Shown one piece after another: positions 1 to 11,627 of a stretch of 20,000 nucleotides of DNA; positions within the stretch are counted from its first letter, which is position 1, and the number at the start of each line of letters is the position of its first letter. Both the position numbers and the translations under genes were made by a program. The stretch comes from Catajapyx aquilonaris. Its lineage: Eukaryota. The notes below the pieces were generated by a model. It ran no database searches. It had not been told where the DNA came from and saw nothing but the letters and a program-made list of their open reading frames with translations. Location: assembly GCA_000934665.2 (NCBI GenBank), contig KZ537960.1, forward strand, positions 235,941 through 255,940. Direction: 5' to 3'.

Positions 1-326
1 ATACTTTCCATTGGAGGGGAATATAAAAACTTGTTCCACTCCAAACAAAATTATTCAACAACCTAAAACTCGCGGTGGGCAGGAACCTTGTACACTATAT
101 ATTCCAAGTCGAAGGTAACTGTACCCGCACATCACAAATTGTGCCATATCTCACTCTGGTCAATGCTGGTTCTGGGGGGTGCTGGAAATATAAACAACTC
201 GGGAAGAAAGATGCGCAACAAATACTGCTCTGGTAACCTAACCACGAAATGACCATTCGGGGAATTGTCTGCACTGTAGCTAGATGAACAATTTATATGG
301 GAAAAAACAATGGCGTAGTTATGCAT
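1..326 (-). pseudogene. Possible decayed Polinton/Maverick minor capsid (penton-like) gene, running off the window edge
   Basis: One frame with 3 stops: MHNYAIVFSHINCSSSYSADNSPNGHFVVRLPEQYLLRIFLPELFIFP...*CAGTVTFDLEYIVYKVPAHREF*VVE*FCLEWNKFL. It resembles the recalled pattern SS..Y..N....F.V.LP...L.E...P followed by (I/V)P......++.....+N. Pattern recall only. Confidence 0.35.
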
Positions 327-984
327 AATTTTTTGAGAAATGTGTGTAAAGGAAAATGGTCCAAACCGTTCTGTACGAATCGGTGAAATTTTGTGAGCTT
401 TAACACCGACCTATATATCTAATTGCAGGCTTGGCTTCTGTGTCAACGAGACCATAAAATCCTCTTATGCAAAAACAATATATTTAAATGCTAAATCCAT
501 TGGTGCAAAACGCTTGATTCCCCAAGTTCCATTCAGTTCACATGAATGGAAGACTCCAAACCCCCTCTTTCCCAAATTCAAGGTTTCAATTACAACCACA
601 GGTGTTAAAACCCATTCATGCTGCAAACCCTCTCTTTTAACAAAGGCCAAAATTACCCAAATGATTATTGTAATTGAACCGGATAACAAAGGCGCTCTAA
701 CACCCCACATATCCGATCAAAAAAAAAAAAGATCTAAGCCCCTCATTGTCCCTCTCAAAAATAATACGAACGTGTCTAAAACCGGGTGTAAATAGGTATT
801 GATGAGATGCTAAAATTGGCACTGATCGAAAAGGATCAATTTACAAAATCGGTGCATGTAAAGGGGAATCCTTGGATGTTTCTGCCACGCTTCCGATAGG
901 GGACACCACTAGGAAAAAAAGGGGGTGCACCCCCCTCTAGACCACCCTTAGGTGGAAGCTGCCTTTGAAAACCCATTTGGCGTG

Positions 985-1340
985 GAAAAGGCGAGCGTCG
1001 AGGGATCGTGAGCCTCTAAAGGCTGCACTTTTCCCCTGGCAAGGAGGCTGGAATTGCCTGTGGCTTGGGGAGGGTGCTGGAGGCTGCATCTGGCAACGCG
1101 ACAAGATGGACTCCTACAGAAAACCTTCTTTAAAAAAAAAAAAAAAAAAAAAACTGAAAGAGAAAGACTCGGCAGGGCAGAAAGCGCCTGTTCGTTTGCA
1201 AGACGGGTTGACAGCCACTGGAGGAATTTTGGGACGCAACTCATGCGACCACACCCTAAAAGAACCCCCAAGCGTTCACTGCAAAAAAAAGTCAGCGAAT
1301 GAGTACCTAATTTCGTCACAATGCCACAAATGGCTGACTA
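985..1340 (+). mobile_element. Decayed hAT transposase fragment (insertion-domain region)
   Basis: RRGIVSL*R...CGLGRVLEAASG-NATRW (NATRW at 1095-1109), with DSY in the adjacent frame, consistent with TRWNS after a 1-nt loss. Downstream are DSHWRNF, HTLKEP and SANEYLISSQCHKWL in hAT-like order. Interrupted by A22 at 1132-1153. Confidence 0.45.
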
Positions 1341-1899
1341 GAGAAGAGTTTCCTCAGCTGACATGAGAGGATTATTCTCATAATAAGCGATGTGCTGGGT
1401 GGGGACTTCGCACAAAAGCGGCGCGTTGAAAATCCCCCACGAGATATATGATTTCTAAAATTAGCTTGTAACCTAACAATGTAAATGGGATGCGATTCTC
1501 TTTGTTCCACAGAAAATCCGTCCTACCCTAATACAGTATAAACCTCTCACAACACGCAAATCTTGATTGGATCAACTCTTTGGAGAGAGAAAAATCAATT
1601 ATGTCTACACAATACAAAAAAACTGGTCTCAGTCATATTTTTTGGTTATCTCTGACTCTGTTTAATTTGATATGGCACACAGCCCGGGCTTAAAACAATA
1701 GCGGGGTCTATCTATAGTTTGGCAGGAACTAAAGCACGCTATAACAATTCACGAAAAAAAAAGTATATGAGAGAGGGTTGCTAAAATTGTGTACAGGTTT
1801 CGGAAAGAATGTTAGTATCGTGATATATCCTGTTTCAGTCAAAAACCACTTTCCCCACCAAAGCCGCATCAAAGGAACAAGTTCGATTGGCTAGTGTAA

Positions 1900-2820
1900 A
1901 AACTGAGCACAAGTTACGCAGATAAATTCGATCTACATTGTGACAAGTTTCATCACTTGAACATGGGAATAAATTCAGCATACGTTTGCAATATGCGGCT
2001 ACACATATGTCTGATGACACTAATCAAAAATCCAACGAGGTTGTGTAATAACCTAAAGAGACGTAGTAAATAGCGTCAAATTTGAACCTTATTGCATATT
2101 TTTTTGTGTGCATTAGAGTTGGAATTCCACCAGTCCCTGCAAACTGTTCCACATCGTATTATCCGCACGTAATGATATTTTAGGGTTAGAAGTGCCAGAC
2201 TGCATGTAGGAATCCCTTTAACATCAGTCAGTTTTTTCAACCAAAAAACACGCGGTTTCACATAATTAATAATGCACTTTTTCTGGATCCCCCATATTAT
2301 CGTTCCACGCATCTTTATTGGTTCTCTGTCAATTGCTGGAACAATCAGGGGGACACTTTTTGAAGCTGTCACACTGACTTATTCCATGCTCCACAGAGCT
2401 TCAACATTCCAGCTGTCCGCACTAACTAGGTTTTCCTGAACTATTTATTCAAAACGGGATATGGCAGCAACATGTTGTGACTCATCCGGTATGTTGCGTA
2501 ATTGAATCCACACTATGCAAAAAAATGCATATGGCAAAGTCTATTAGGTTCATGTTTTAGAAATACGGATATGACTGAACTTAATGCCAGTGTGATTGAA
2601 CTTTTGACATTTAATTAATTAATTAATTATTAGCATCTAGTGACATAGAAAGCATTACCACTTCCACTTCTACTTTGTTTCATCCTGGCATGATGCAACC
2701 CAACGAACATTTTACTCATTTCAACAGCTATGAAGTAAATTATCGCAGGTCGTAAATGGCGTAACCATTTATTTAACTTATTTGCAGTCCCAAGCGTCCA
2801 AAGCATAAGCGACTCCAGCA
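1900..2820 (-). mobile_element. Decayed hAT transposase (catalytic core) fragment
   Basis: Collinear degenerate motifs across frames: GVAYALDAW (D at 2798-2796; cf. hhxDxW), LVSADSWNVEAL (~2429-2394; cf. VTDNAxNM), IQKKCIINYVK...KKL, PKISLRADNTMWNSL (TMWNS at 2157-2143; cf. TRWNS), ILQTYAEFIPMFK (~1994-1956; cf. L..PF). Confidence 0.55.
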
Positions 2821-3363
2821 ATGTATCACTGTTGGGACCCCATCAGTATCATGTTTAAGTGGCCATAATTGCATGACCCCTTATTAAAGCGCGCCAGACG
2901 TAACTTAGAAATTCTATTACCGCCATAATTACAGGGGCAATTTGCTGATTCCGGCAGTTTCGCCCCCCGTTAATAATCCGCACAACTTCTCAGAGCGATG
3001 AGCCTGTGTAAATCACCGAAGGGTGCTGCTCTGGTAGAGAGAGGCTGGCCCATAGGGTCAGCAACTATCTCATTCTTCCCTAATCAATTCACGTTGGGGT
3101 CAGTACCAGCTTCTTTACGGGGACTAAGCCTCGTTTAACCTGTTCTAACACCTGCTTAAGCCGTGTTTGGTAGGGCTTACAACAGGCTTCAATTGAAAGG
3201 TACGTGCCATACAGCGTTGTCATTTTACTTAATTAAAACAAGCAATATATTGTTAGAATATTGTTCATACAACTACACCTACTTAATTACCTGTACACAG
3301 TCCTGCGCCCCATAGGCTGTGGGGGCAAGGACAACACACATTTTCGAAGCGAGTGGAAACTGA

Positions 3364-3406
3364 CCTAACCTAACCTAACCTAACCTTACCTAACCTACCT
3401 AACCTA
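3364..3406 (-). repeat. Interstitial (TTAGG)n arthropod telomere-type repeat, about 9 imperfect units
   Basis: + strand reads CCTAA x4, CCTTA, CCTAA, CCTA, CCTAA, CCTA(G). Confidence 0.9.
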
Positions 3407-4301
3407 GGCTGAGAAAAATGGACTTTTGTAAAGCCCTACATAACGGAATTGTGGGGACCAGCTGAACCAGGCGTTTTTGCTGTACCCACAATTTGGAGAC
3501 TGACCCCAGAGCCACAGTCAAAACACCAACCTAGGTCCCCAGACCCTATATGCGAGACCGGAACAAAGGTACAGTGGTGCTTCATTGCCCTCAATCTTTC
3601 ACCACTCCAGAAACATCAGTGTGCAGACGGCAGCACCTCAACCTGTTTGAGGACTAGCCAAAATGGCCAGTGTGGTCCTTTCTCATTTAGAAGTCCACCC
3701 GCGGCCAAGTCCAGCAATTGGACTAACCCTCTACCTCAGGGGGAAAAAAATTAGAGCTCCATCTAATGTCCTTTTCATGGACAGCATAACAGTTAAGGAC
3801 AGTCTAAAAAAATGGGGTCCTCCTTTTCATTAACTCCCTGGATGTCGTTTTACTGAAAAAGGATGGGGGATGGAGGAGGAACCGGATTTTCTCACCCCCC
3901 CCCCCCCCTTCCCACCCCAGCAAACCCAGTTTCTGCTGCTGACTTGCAGACACCGCCTTTTTGATCCGCACTGTAGCGACAAAACCTCCGCCGATCTGCA
4001 TAATTGTTTAAGGGTTGCCGAGTTTGCAGCACTGTAGACAGGAATTAGGGTTTTGGGTGGAGGGGGGGGAGCAGGGTAGAATGGGGAGGGGGGGAGTTAT
4101 TAATTCTGGTCTCCATGGCGACTGCTCCCGTGGAGAGATCGAGCGAGCCAGCTAGCGAACACCCCATGGTATCTTCCTGTTTCGCCGAATCTTCCCGGGT
4201 CGAATTTGGGCGAAATGAGCGATCCCTGAATGTGGCGCTGCGCCGCATCGGACGGCGCGGCGCGTCCTCGTGGATTCGGATTGCCTATCTGGCAGGAGTG
4301 T

Positions 4302-4388
4302 GACTGTGAGGAGGGACTGTGAGGGGACTGTGAGGAGTCTGTGAGGGTATTACATCAAATTCGGTGTGGGTATATTCGGTGTGGGATT
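4302..4388. repeat. Short tandem duplications
   Basis: Four copies of (ga)ctgtgagg at 11-13 nt spacing, followed by two copies of ttcggtgtggg 15 nt apart. Confidence 0.75.
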
Positions 4389-7224
4389 CCCCCTCCCAGT
4401 GGGGGATGGGAGTTGATAGTGGGTATACTGAAGGAGAAGCGCTAACTTTACTTCGAAATCGGGACCTGGGGGACCTCCGTAGCTTGCGGTTCCGAGACGA
4501 TAACCGGAGGGGTTTCCTTTTAAGATTGCTCATCACCGGCAGAAGTGATGAGGAATAAACTCATCCTCATGATAACTACACTCTTTCATCAGTAGCTCTT
4601 AATGCGGCTCGTAAAAGATGAGATTGACGCCACGGGAGGAAGAAAGTGGCGCCCATTGCACAAGCCGCTTAACAACGGCGCAGCCTGCAATTTTGCTAAT
4701 AGGCGCCATATAATGATGTCGCTCCTCCTGTTTTAGTTGGCTCCTACCCGGGGGTATGTCGAGAGTTTTTTTTTGGAAACGGGATTTTTTGAATGCTTGC
4801 ACTTCCAGAGCAGGCAGGGGTATACAAGGTCCATGTAATGAGGGGTGAGGTAGCACTGCTGCAAACACTGTGCTCCCAGGGGGTAGGGGAATCTTCCTTA
4901 AATTTTTAAACCAAGCTCTGATTTTTAATCGCTACTAGTAGAACACAACAAACTTTCCCATCCAAAATATACAAGCAGTTTAATCAACATGCATCTTCAA
5001 TCTCCCCTGTAGGCAAGTGTGTAATTCGATTTAAGAGTGGCTTTGAATGTATAGCGGGGGAAATAATCCTCCAAGTCCGACGTGATAGAACGGAGGAAAT
5101 CCTTGAGAGTTTCCGTTCATCCCGACAGTATCGATAACCCAAGTGCCCTCTTGTTATTCGAAGCAGAATACCAATGGGGTGCTAGAAACTTTTATACCGA
5201 CGAGTGAGCACTGCTGGGAGAAAGGAAGGGCTCCACAGGCTTTGGGCTATGTCAGAAGGGCGTTAAGCAAGCATACCAGTCAGATTATATCAGTAAACTA
5301 ACTATAACATTGTTGATAAACTTTTGCATTAATCCTGCCCCATGTGGATTGTTGTCAACTGCTACAATTTTGCGAGCATTTGGTTCGTGCTGATAGCCAA
5401 CAGCCCCTGATGTTGATTTTTTTTGTAGCAGTAAAAAACGAAACGCCATTGCTTTTTTTAGACAGACTAGTATACGAGTTTATTCAGGATAATGAAGGCA
5501 GCGGGGAATTTAAAATGACTGGCGGAGCTGCAAGTTTTGCAAGTCAATTTAAGGAAGCAACGTTGTGAGAAAAGGGTATCATCAGTTACTTCTTTCTCTG
5601 TTAATAACTGGCTAAATTGAAGATTATTTTGCTTGTTAGTCGTGCAGTGCCTCTGATCTGTCGTATTAGAGACACACATTACTTTAAAAGTGCTTATATG
5701 CAATTCTGTCTCTATACCTGAACGTGTAGGCTGCATTATAGTTATTTCTACGGGACATTCTAATAATGCATTCAGATATACGTTTCGTTCTGATGGAACC
5801 ACTTAGCTATGATTGTTCTTTTGAATGCTTTAGAAATGTCACGAGGGAAATAAAATATTCAGTTCCCTCTGTAATATCTTGCAAACGTGGTTGCTATGTT
5901 GGCTGTGGATTTAAGTGAAGGTTTTTCGAACAATAAGGCACGTGTATAGACCGACTCTTAAGTCGAGTTCCCATCTTTTTAAAACTTATAAAGAGGTAGG
6001 CCAACCAAGAGTTCCACTAATGAATGACACGTGGTGGTACGTGCTCAATAAGCTTTGAGTCTCCTAGATAAGTCACGTTCCAAAGAATTTTCGGCATACC
6101 CTATTAACCGCATGCAAAAAGCATCACTTGATGTCATTCAAAAACACTTTGGATTCATATTACATGCCGGTACGCAAAAATTTTGGGATATGAAAATAAT
6201 ATTACTTCCTACTGTATGTATGAATATCAAGAGTCATCTATACATCTTTGCAGGTAATATAAAACCACGTTTATGATAGGGAAATATAACCTCTTCACGT
6301 AAAAGCCTATAATGACATTAGGCCTACATGTTACCTCGACCTGCATGTGTCAAGAGGCCCATAGACGTGGCTGATTCTAAGATTTACTTAGATAAGTAAG
6401 TTGGGCAAGTTAATTAAGGGTGAGTGATTAATGTGCTGGAATTGTATTTCGTGATTGTAATATTCATCATGTTTGTTAAGTGCAGGAGTTGTTTATATCA
6501 CCTTATTTTATCATTGATTTGTGTCTCCTATATCGTTGACTACCTCTTTAGGCAAAATTCGTGATGGATTGATTCGTTGATATGTTACTGAGACATCAAC
6601 ATACTAGCCTTACAACTTAATACTGCATTTTTTTAAAGATTGTTTGATAGCCAAAGTTGAGTCAGATGTGCAGAGCTATAATGATTGTTCCAAATTTCAA
6701 CGTACCGGTACGTTGTTTACAACTACAAAACCTTCACGCATAATGGCATGACAGATTGGCACAACGTGTACTGTACTAGACGTAAAGCGCATACGTTACA
6801 GACTTTTATGCCGGTAGCGGGATGCTCTCCATTAATCCAGAAAAATGACATTTTGTAATTATCTACCTACAGCAAGCTTCCTTCTTCAGTACAAAAACGC
6901 ACAGTATCAGCTGTACCTTAGGCTGCATTTCACTGATTAAAATCACAGCACTGATGTTTACTGTGGCAATGTCGTTGACCTTTCAACTTTGACGAATATG
7001 ACCGTGAGCAGAACAATTCCGCCTAAAATGACAATCGTTTAATAGCAACGAACTGTACAGTAGTTTTTGGCCAATATAGGTTGCACTATAGGTGACTGAA
7101 TGGTTAGAACCAATATTTTAAACATGATTACAAACCCTCCCATTTCCTTCTGTTGTTCAGCACAAAAACATCCTGACTAACTATAGTATTACGCAGCCCC
7201 ATGGGAAGCGCATTTTATCAACGT

Positions 7225-8010
7225 GCACCCAAATTAACTCGGTTAATGCTACCAAGAGCGGAATACATGAGGCAGTTTCATCAAGGAGATTGAATCTACG
7301 CCGCGACCAACACATTCGTCACCAGCCTTATGAAATTAACCAACCATTCCAATCGACATTAATTTGACAGCCTAACCTGCAGGGTGCAATAGAGCATATG
7401 AGTTACTCTAGCATTTTGTCCAATTCAAGTCTTGCAAACAGTTTTGAAGGCGTGGCAACCCTTGTATATACCAATGCTAATCTAATGAAACTATGATCGA
7501 CCTTGTCATGTGATGGATGTCCTATGTTACCTAACCCTGTCTGACAACCTGGCAGCTTGTTGATACATGTGCTCTAGTGCGACGAAAATAATTCCTGAAC
7601 ACGCCTCAGTCCACAGATCATAACACATACTCTCATGGGAATTTTTTTTATCCACCTATATGACATGTAGTGGATGATAGAAAAAAGGCTAGAGGCAGAC
7701 ACTCTGCTGTCTCCATATTTGAATTTCCAAACTGCAGAGAGGTAAATTAGAACTCGTCCATTGCTTCATATAGCCAGGCTCATGTTGTGGCCTCTGGCGA
7801 AGTGAGCAATAACTAACCCATACAAAATAATGCTAATACTCTCCGGAGCGATGACACGATTATGCGATGGTGGCAAATGAGGGCCAATTCATACTTTGCC
7901 ACGCTTATTCACCAACTTCTTGCATTAATGGGATAAACATGCTGATACCAGGCTAAAATTATAGCCTCTCCATTATTGGAGAAAATATATACAGTAGTTC
8001 CGTATGCCCA
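7225..8010 (+). mobile_element. Decayed hAT transposase C-terminal half, including the dimerisation domain
   Basis: PKLTR/VNAT..RNT (~7228-7267; degenerate TRWN), VLQTVLKAWQPL (from 7429), DDTIMRWWQMRANSYFATLIHQLLAL (from 7850; cf. D.L.WW...YP.L..+A..LL), then DTRLKL and PLLEKIYTV (cf. R.RL....E.L). Confidence 0.5.
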
Positions 8011-8981
8011 AGGCAACTGACCCTGACTTCCTTGCTGATATTCATGTGTGTCCTAGTTTCAAAAATCTAATTAGTCGACAATCAGCTACCGTAACAGAGT
8101 CGCATGTGTTCTCATTTTTTCATACATGCCAAAAACTAATAACAAGCTGTAGTGCTTGTCGCTGAAAAGTTAAAATCTGCCAACTCTTTTCCACGAGCCC
8201 TCGTGAATAACGCAGTAATGAGTTGCATATTTTACACCCAACGCAAGTTCAGAACTGAAGCTGCGAAATTAGGCCAGAAAAAAATACAATTCACCGCACA
8301 AGTATAGTTGCAATTCGTCAATTTTGCAGATTAATTTTTGCACCTGACTTAATGATATTCGTACAAAATCATGCAAAAAAAAGTAGCTCATTTCGGGTTC
8401 GTCGACCGCTTACAACAATAACATAGTGAAAACCTCTGCACCCTGCACAGGTACAGTACACCTCGCTGAAAATCAATGTTAGAGGCAACCTCTGAATATA
8501 TAGACGTGGGTATATCAGTGCTCGACGTGGGATGACGAAAGTCTCTCTTTATACTTCATTCGACTATGATGAGTTGGTTGATGTGGCGGAGATGACAGCT
8601 GTAATAAGTTTTCTGAAAGCTACTGCTGCAATTGCTGCTCACTTTGATCTTGTATGCACGAATTAGACATGCAGAATTTTTTAATCTTCGAATACTGCTT
8701 CTTTTTTTCCCCTTTTGGTCAGAGAGGACTCGTCATTAGTAACTTTTGTACGTTTCCAGGGGTCTCATTATCGAACTATGCTTGTAGATTTAAAACACCG
8801 CGGAAGTCATTTAACTATGTACTGGCCTCCAAAGAAAATGTGCCGGTACTGTATCAAAAAGCACGTTGATTGGCTACAAAAGGCTTGGTCAAATATGGTC
8901 GTTTGCTAACTAAAGGGCAGATTTTCACAGGGTAGACGAAATTCTTTTTAAAAAATTAGCATAAATATCAGTCGTGAGAGC

Positions 8982-9093
8982 TAACATCTGCCCAGGCAGT
9001 CTCACGACTACATCAGTCGTCAGACTACACCAGTCGTAAGACTACACCAGTCGTAAGACTACACCAGTCGTGAGACGGCCAGACTCCATCCAC
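8982..9093. mobile_element. Miniature TIR element filled with four 17-bp palindromic tandem units
   Basis: GGCAGTCTCACGACT (8995-9009) and AGTCGTGAGACGGCC (9066-9080) are 14/15 inverted. Units (A/C)GACTACA(C/T)CAGTCGTN start at 9005, 9022, 9039 and 9056. The outer boundaries are uncertain. Confidence 0.7.
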
Positions 9094-9189
9094 AAGATGG
9101 GGGTGATGTCACAGTCAGACCTATAAGGGGTCGAACAAAGGCACGAAGGGTCGGACATGCCCTATACAGGGAAGCATGCAATTTATCTC

Positions 9190-9490
9190 AGTCTACTAAT
9201 AGAACAGCTCGATTCTTGAGACCCTTCCTCCAATTTAGAGGGCCGGTACAGACCAAACAGAAAGGATGGCACGCTGTCTAGTGAGTGACAATTTAACCAC
9301 AACAGCTCAGGACAATAGCCACCGGAGGCTGTGGCTGAAACACCGTTGCCCATAAATTATATAAACCGGGGCCTATTCCACGCTCCAGTTAAGTCCGCCT
9401 TACCAAATGAAATTCGAATACAGTTGGCACCTCCTGCATAATTGCGGCATAACTACCCCGCATTAAAAACGGCTAACTGAAAAGTTATGA
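9190..9490 (-). mobile_element. Decayed LINE ORF2 apurinic-like endonuclease fragment
   Basis: One frame with 2 stops: FQLAVFNAG*LCRN (from 9482; cf. L.I...NARSL.NK) ... CPELLWLNCHSLDSVPSFLFGLYRP (E at 9308, YRP at 9248-9240; cf. E.LW....+..YRPP). FHLVR and ERGIGPGLY occur in adjacent frames (cf. R.DR..RGGGV.+Y). The ETW block appears deleted. Confidence 0.6.
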
Positions 9491-11546
9491 CTCTCCCTGT
9501 GTTACTATAGTAGCTTGCTCTATTATTCATCGAATCCCCAGAATGAAGTGCAAACACTCCTCGAGGCACATTATTTGACGTCACTTGGGACGTAACTTTT
9601 CAGAGTCCGTTAACCTCTCCAGGTCCGACGAAACGTGCGTGTCGCCGTACCTCTCAGGTATAATACCAGACAATACTCGGAGGTTGGATACACGGTGCTT
9701 CCATGGCAACCAGGTGCGCAATCTCCCACGAGAGGTTTAGGGGGTACATCACCGATAATTAACCATTTGCGGTGCGGTAGGCCGGATCCCCAGGGCCCTT
9801 TAGACATAAATGGTACTTTTGCATCCCACGGTCCCTCAACAAGATATGACTGTCAGTGTAACTAACAACCAGACCTTCCTCCGTGAATATATATTAAGAC
9901 AAAGGAAATTGCCATTCATACTAGAGCATAGGCGCTGCATACTGATAACCACTACTGATATTAATATTTATATTAGTTTCTGCTCATGGGTAGTAGATAA
10001 GCCCTTTTGTTCTGTGTTGATAGAGCGAAAAAATACAATTAGCAGCCAGGCCTATAGGTGGTGATTTGTAGCGGCTAGTGGCTAGCATACATAGAGAGCG
10101 TGTATCGGTATAAATAGCTGGGTTGGGCGACGCAAAAGGCTACATGGCAGGTTATGGCATGTCAAAATATGAGACTTTTTTTTTTTTACAAAAAGCTAAA
10201 GCTCCGTAACAAGGCGTGTTTCTCGCTCTCCCGGGTTTCATTATTTTGTTTTGTTGATACCAAAAATGCATGGACGCTGTTGTTTGGGCAAGGCTTTTGT
10301 TATTTTGCCTTTTTTGTACTCAATTACCTTGGCAGAATTAAACTACGTATCTGGGGAGCTATATCCCCATGTGGCAGAACTGTATCAAATGGCATTGTGC
10401 CATTAAGTAGTGTGAAATACTGTACACATGGCCATGCATGTTCCCAACTCATACTTTAAAAAAAATATATATGCAATCAGATGGCTTAATTTTCCGAACT
10501 ATTATTCCTTACTGACTATTACACTTTGCTCGTTTTCTTGTAGCGGCTGCTGCGATGCGAATAGCTTCCCTTCAAGAATTATGCAACAGCTTAACTTCCA
10601 ACTTCACAATTATGCTTGCTAAGGACTAGTAAACTGCAGCTGTTCTCATTAGCACCTTTTGGAAAAGCCAGCCTGGTGCTGGGAGATTGGTTAGCAGGAA
10701 TGGGGAAGATTGGGGAGTAAATGGGGTAAGAGGGGGGAAAGGACCGAAAAACATTTTCAGTAAATTGTACTATTCTCATTGAAGGTTTCTCTGTGAACAA
10801 TATTAGATTCAGAGTTGGAAATGACTGTTCCAAGATCTTGTTAAGGTTGCTCACTGCTGGGGGAAAGGTATTTAGGCCAGCATTTATGAAATACATACAA
10901 GCATTTTTTTTCTCTCTCCAATATATTGATTTTTGCAAAATTTCATATTAAATATTCATGCTGTTCTCCTACACAGCACAATCACCATTAATAATTTACA
11001 GCACGCTTAAGTGCACAGAGCAGCCCCCTATAGAGCACAGAGGTATATGAAAAGGGTACAGATGTTTTTCCCAGGCGAACAATTTTTATATCGCCTAGGG
11101 ATTAGGCAGCATATGACAACTCTTTGTTTTTCATCCTTGAAACAAGGTTGTTTTTCTCGCTATATCCACAACCTGAGAGCTGCTGAGGAATAATTGCAGC
11201 ATCCTTTGACTGAGAATTCTCGCCGTATCTAGGTGCCTCTGCAGCAGTTTCCTTTGTGCAGTCTAATCAATATCATAACTGATATAGCGGAGATCCCTGG
11301 CAGTCACATAAATAATTCCAGGCAAAGGGGGTGAACAATGCACTTGAGAAACTGCGTCTGGATTCTGTTACACAGCTGGAAGCGGTATAAAAACTGACAG
11401 AAGCACTGTAGATAATCGCTACAGCTTCGCTTCAAGTTATCATGACGAGTTGGGTAAGAATCGAGCGCGCATTAAGTATTTAAAGGGAACAGAAATCCGC
11501 AGCTGGTAGGTACACGTGTATCTCCGTCTAATGTGGCTAAAGTATG

Positions 11547-11627
11547 TGCGACAAAAAAAATGTCGCAAATTTAAAGTCAGAAGCCTGACTTCAAATTTGC
11601 GACACATTTGCGACACATTGCGACACA
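11547..11627. repeat. Cluster of TGCGACA motifs in direct and inverted orientation
   Basis: tgcgaca-aaaaaaa-tgtcgca hairpin at 11547-11567, then three tandem copies of ttgcgacaca at 11597-11627. Confidence 0.7.

Noticed and set aside
1532..1716. pogo/Tigger-like MITE starting TACAGTATAAACCTCTC
   Set aside because: The right terminus is too degenerate to support a call.
5010..5570. Exon-like open stretches after cccctgtAG as upstream K2P exons
   Set aside because: No M1, cap or P1 motifs, they contain stops, and there is no T-I-G|GT donor.
8530..8580. Hammerhead-ribozyme-like core (GACGAAAGTC...GACTA-TGATGAG)
   Set aside because: Lacks stem I and the C of CUGAUGA. A similar GACGAAAC at about 9627 has no CUGANGA partner.
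9005..9072. 17-bp palindromic repeats as a CRISPR-like array
   Set aside because: The units are contiguous with no unique spacers, there are no cas genes, and the context is eukaryotic.
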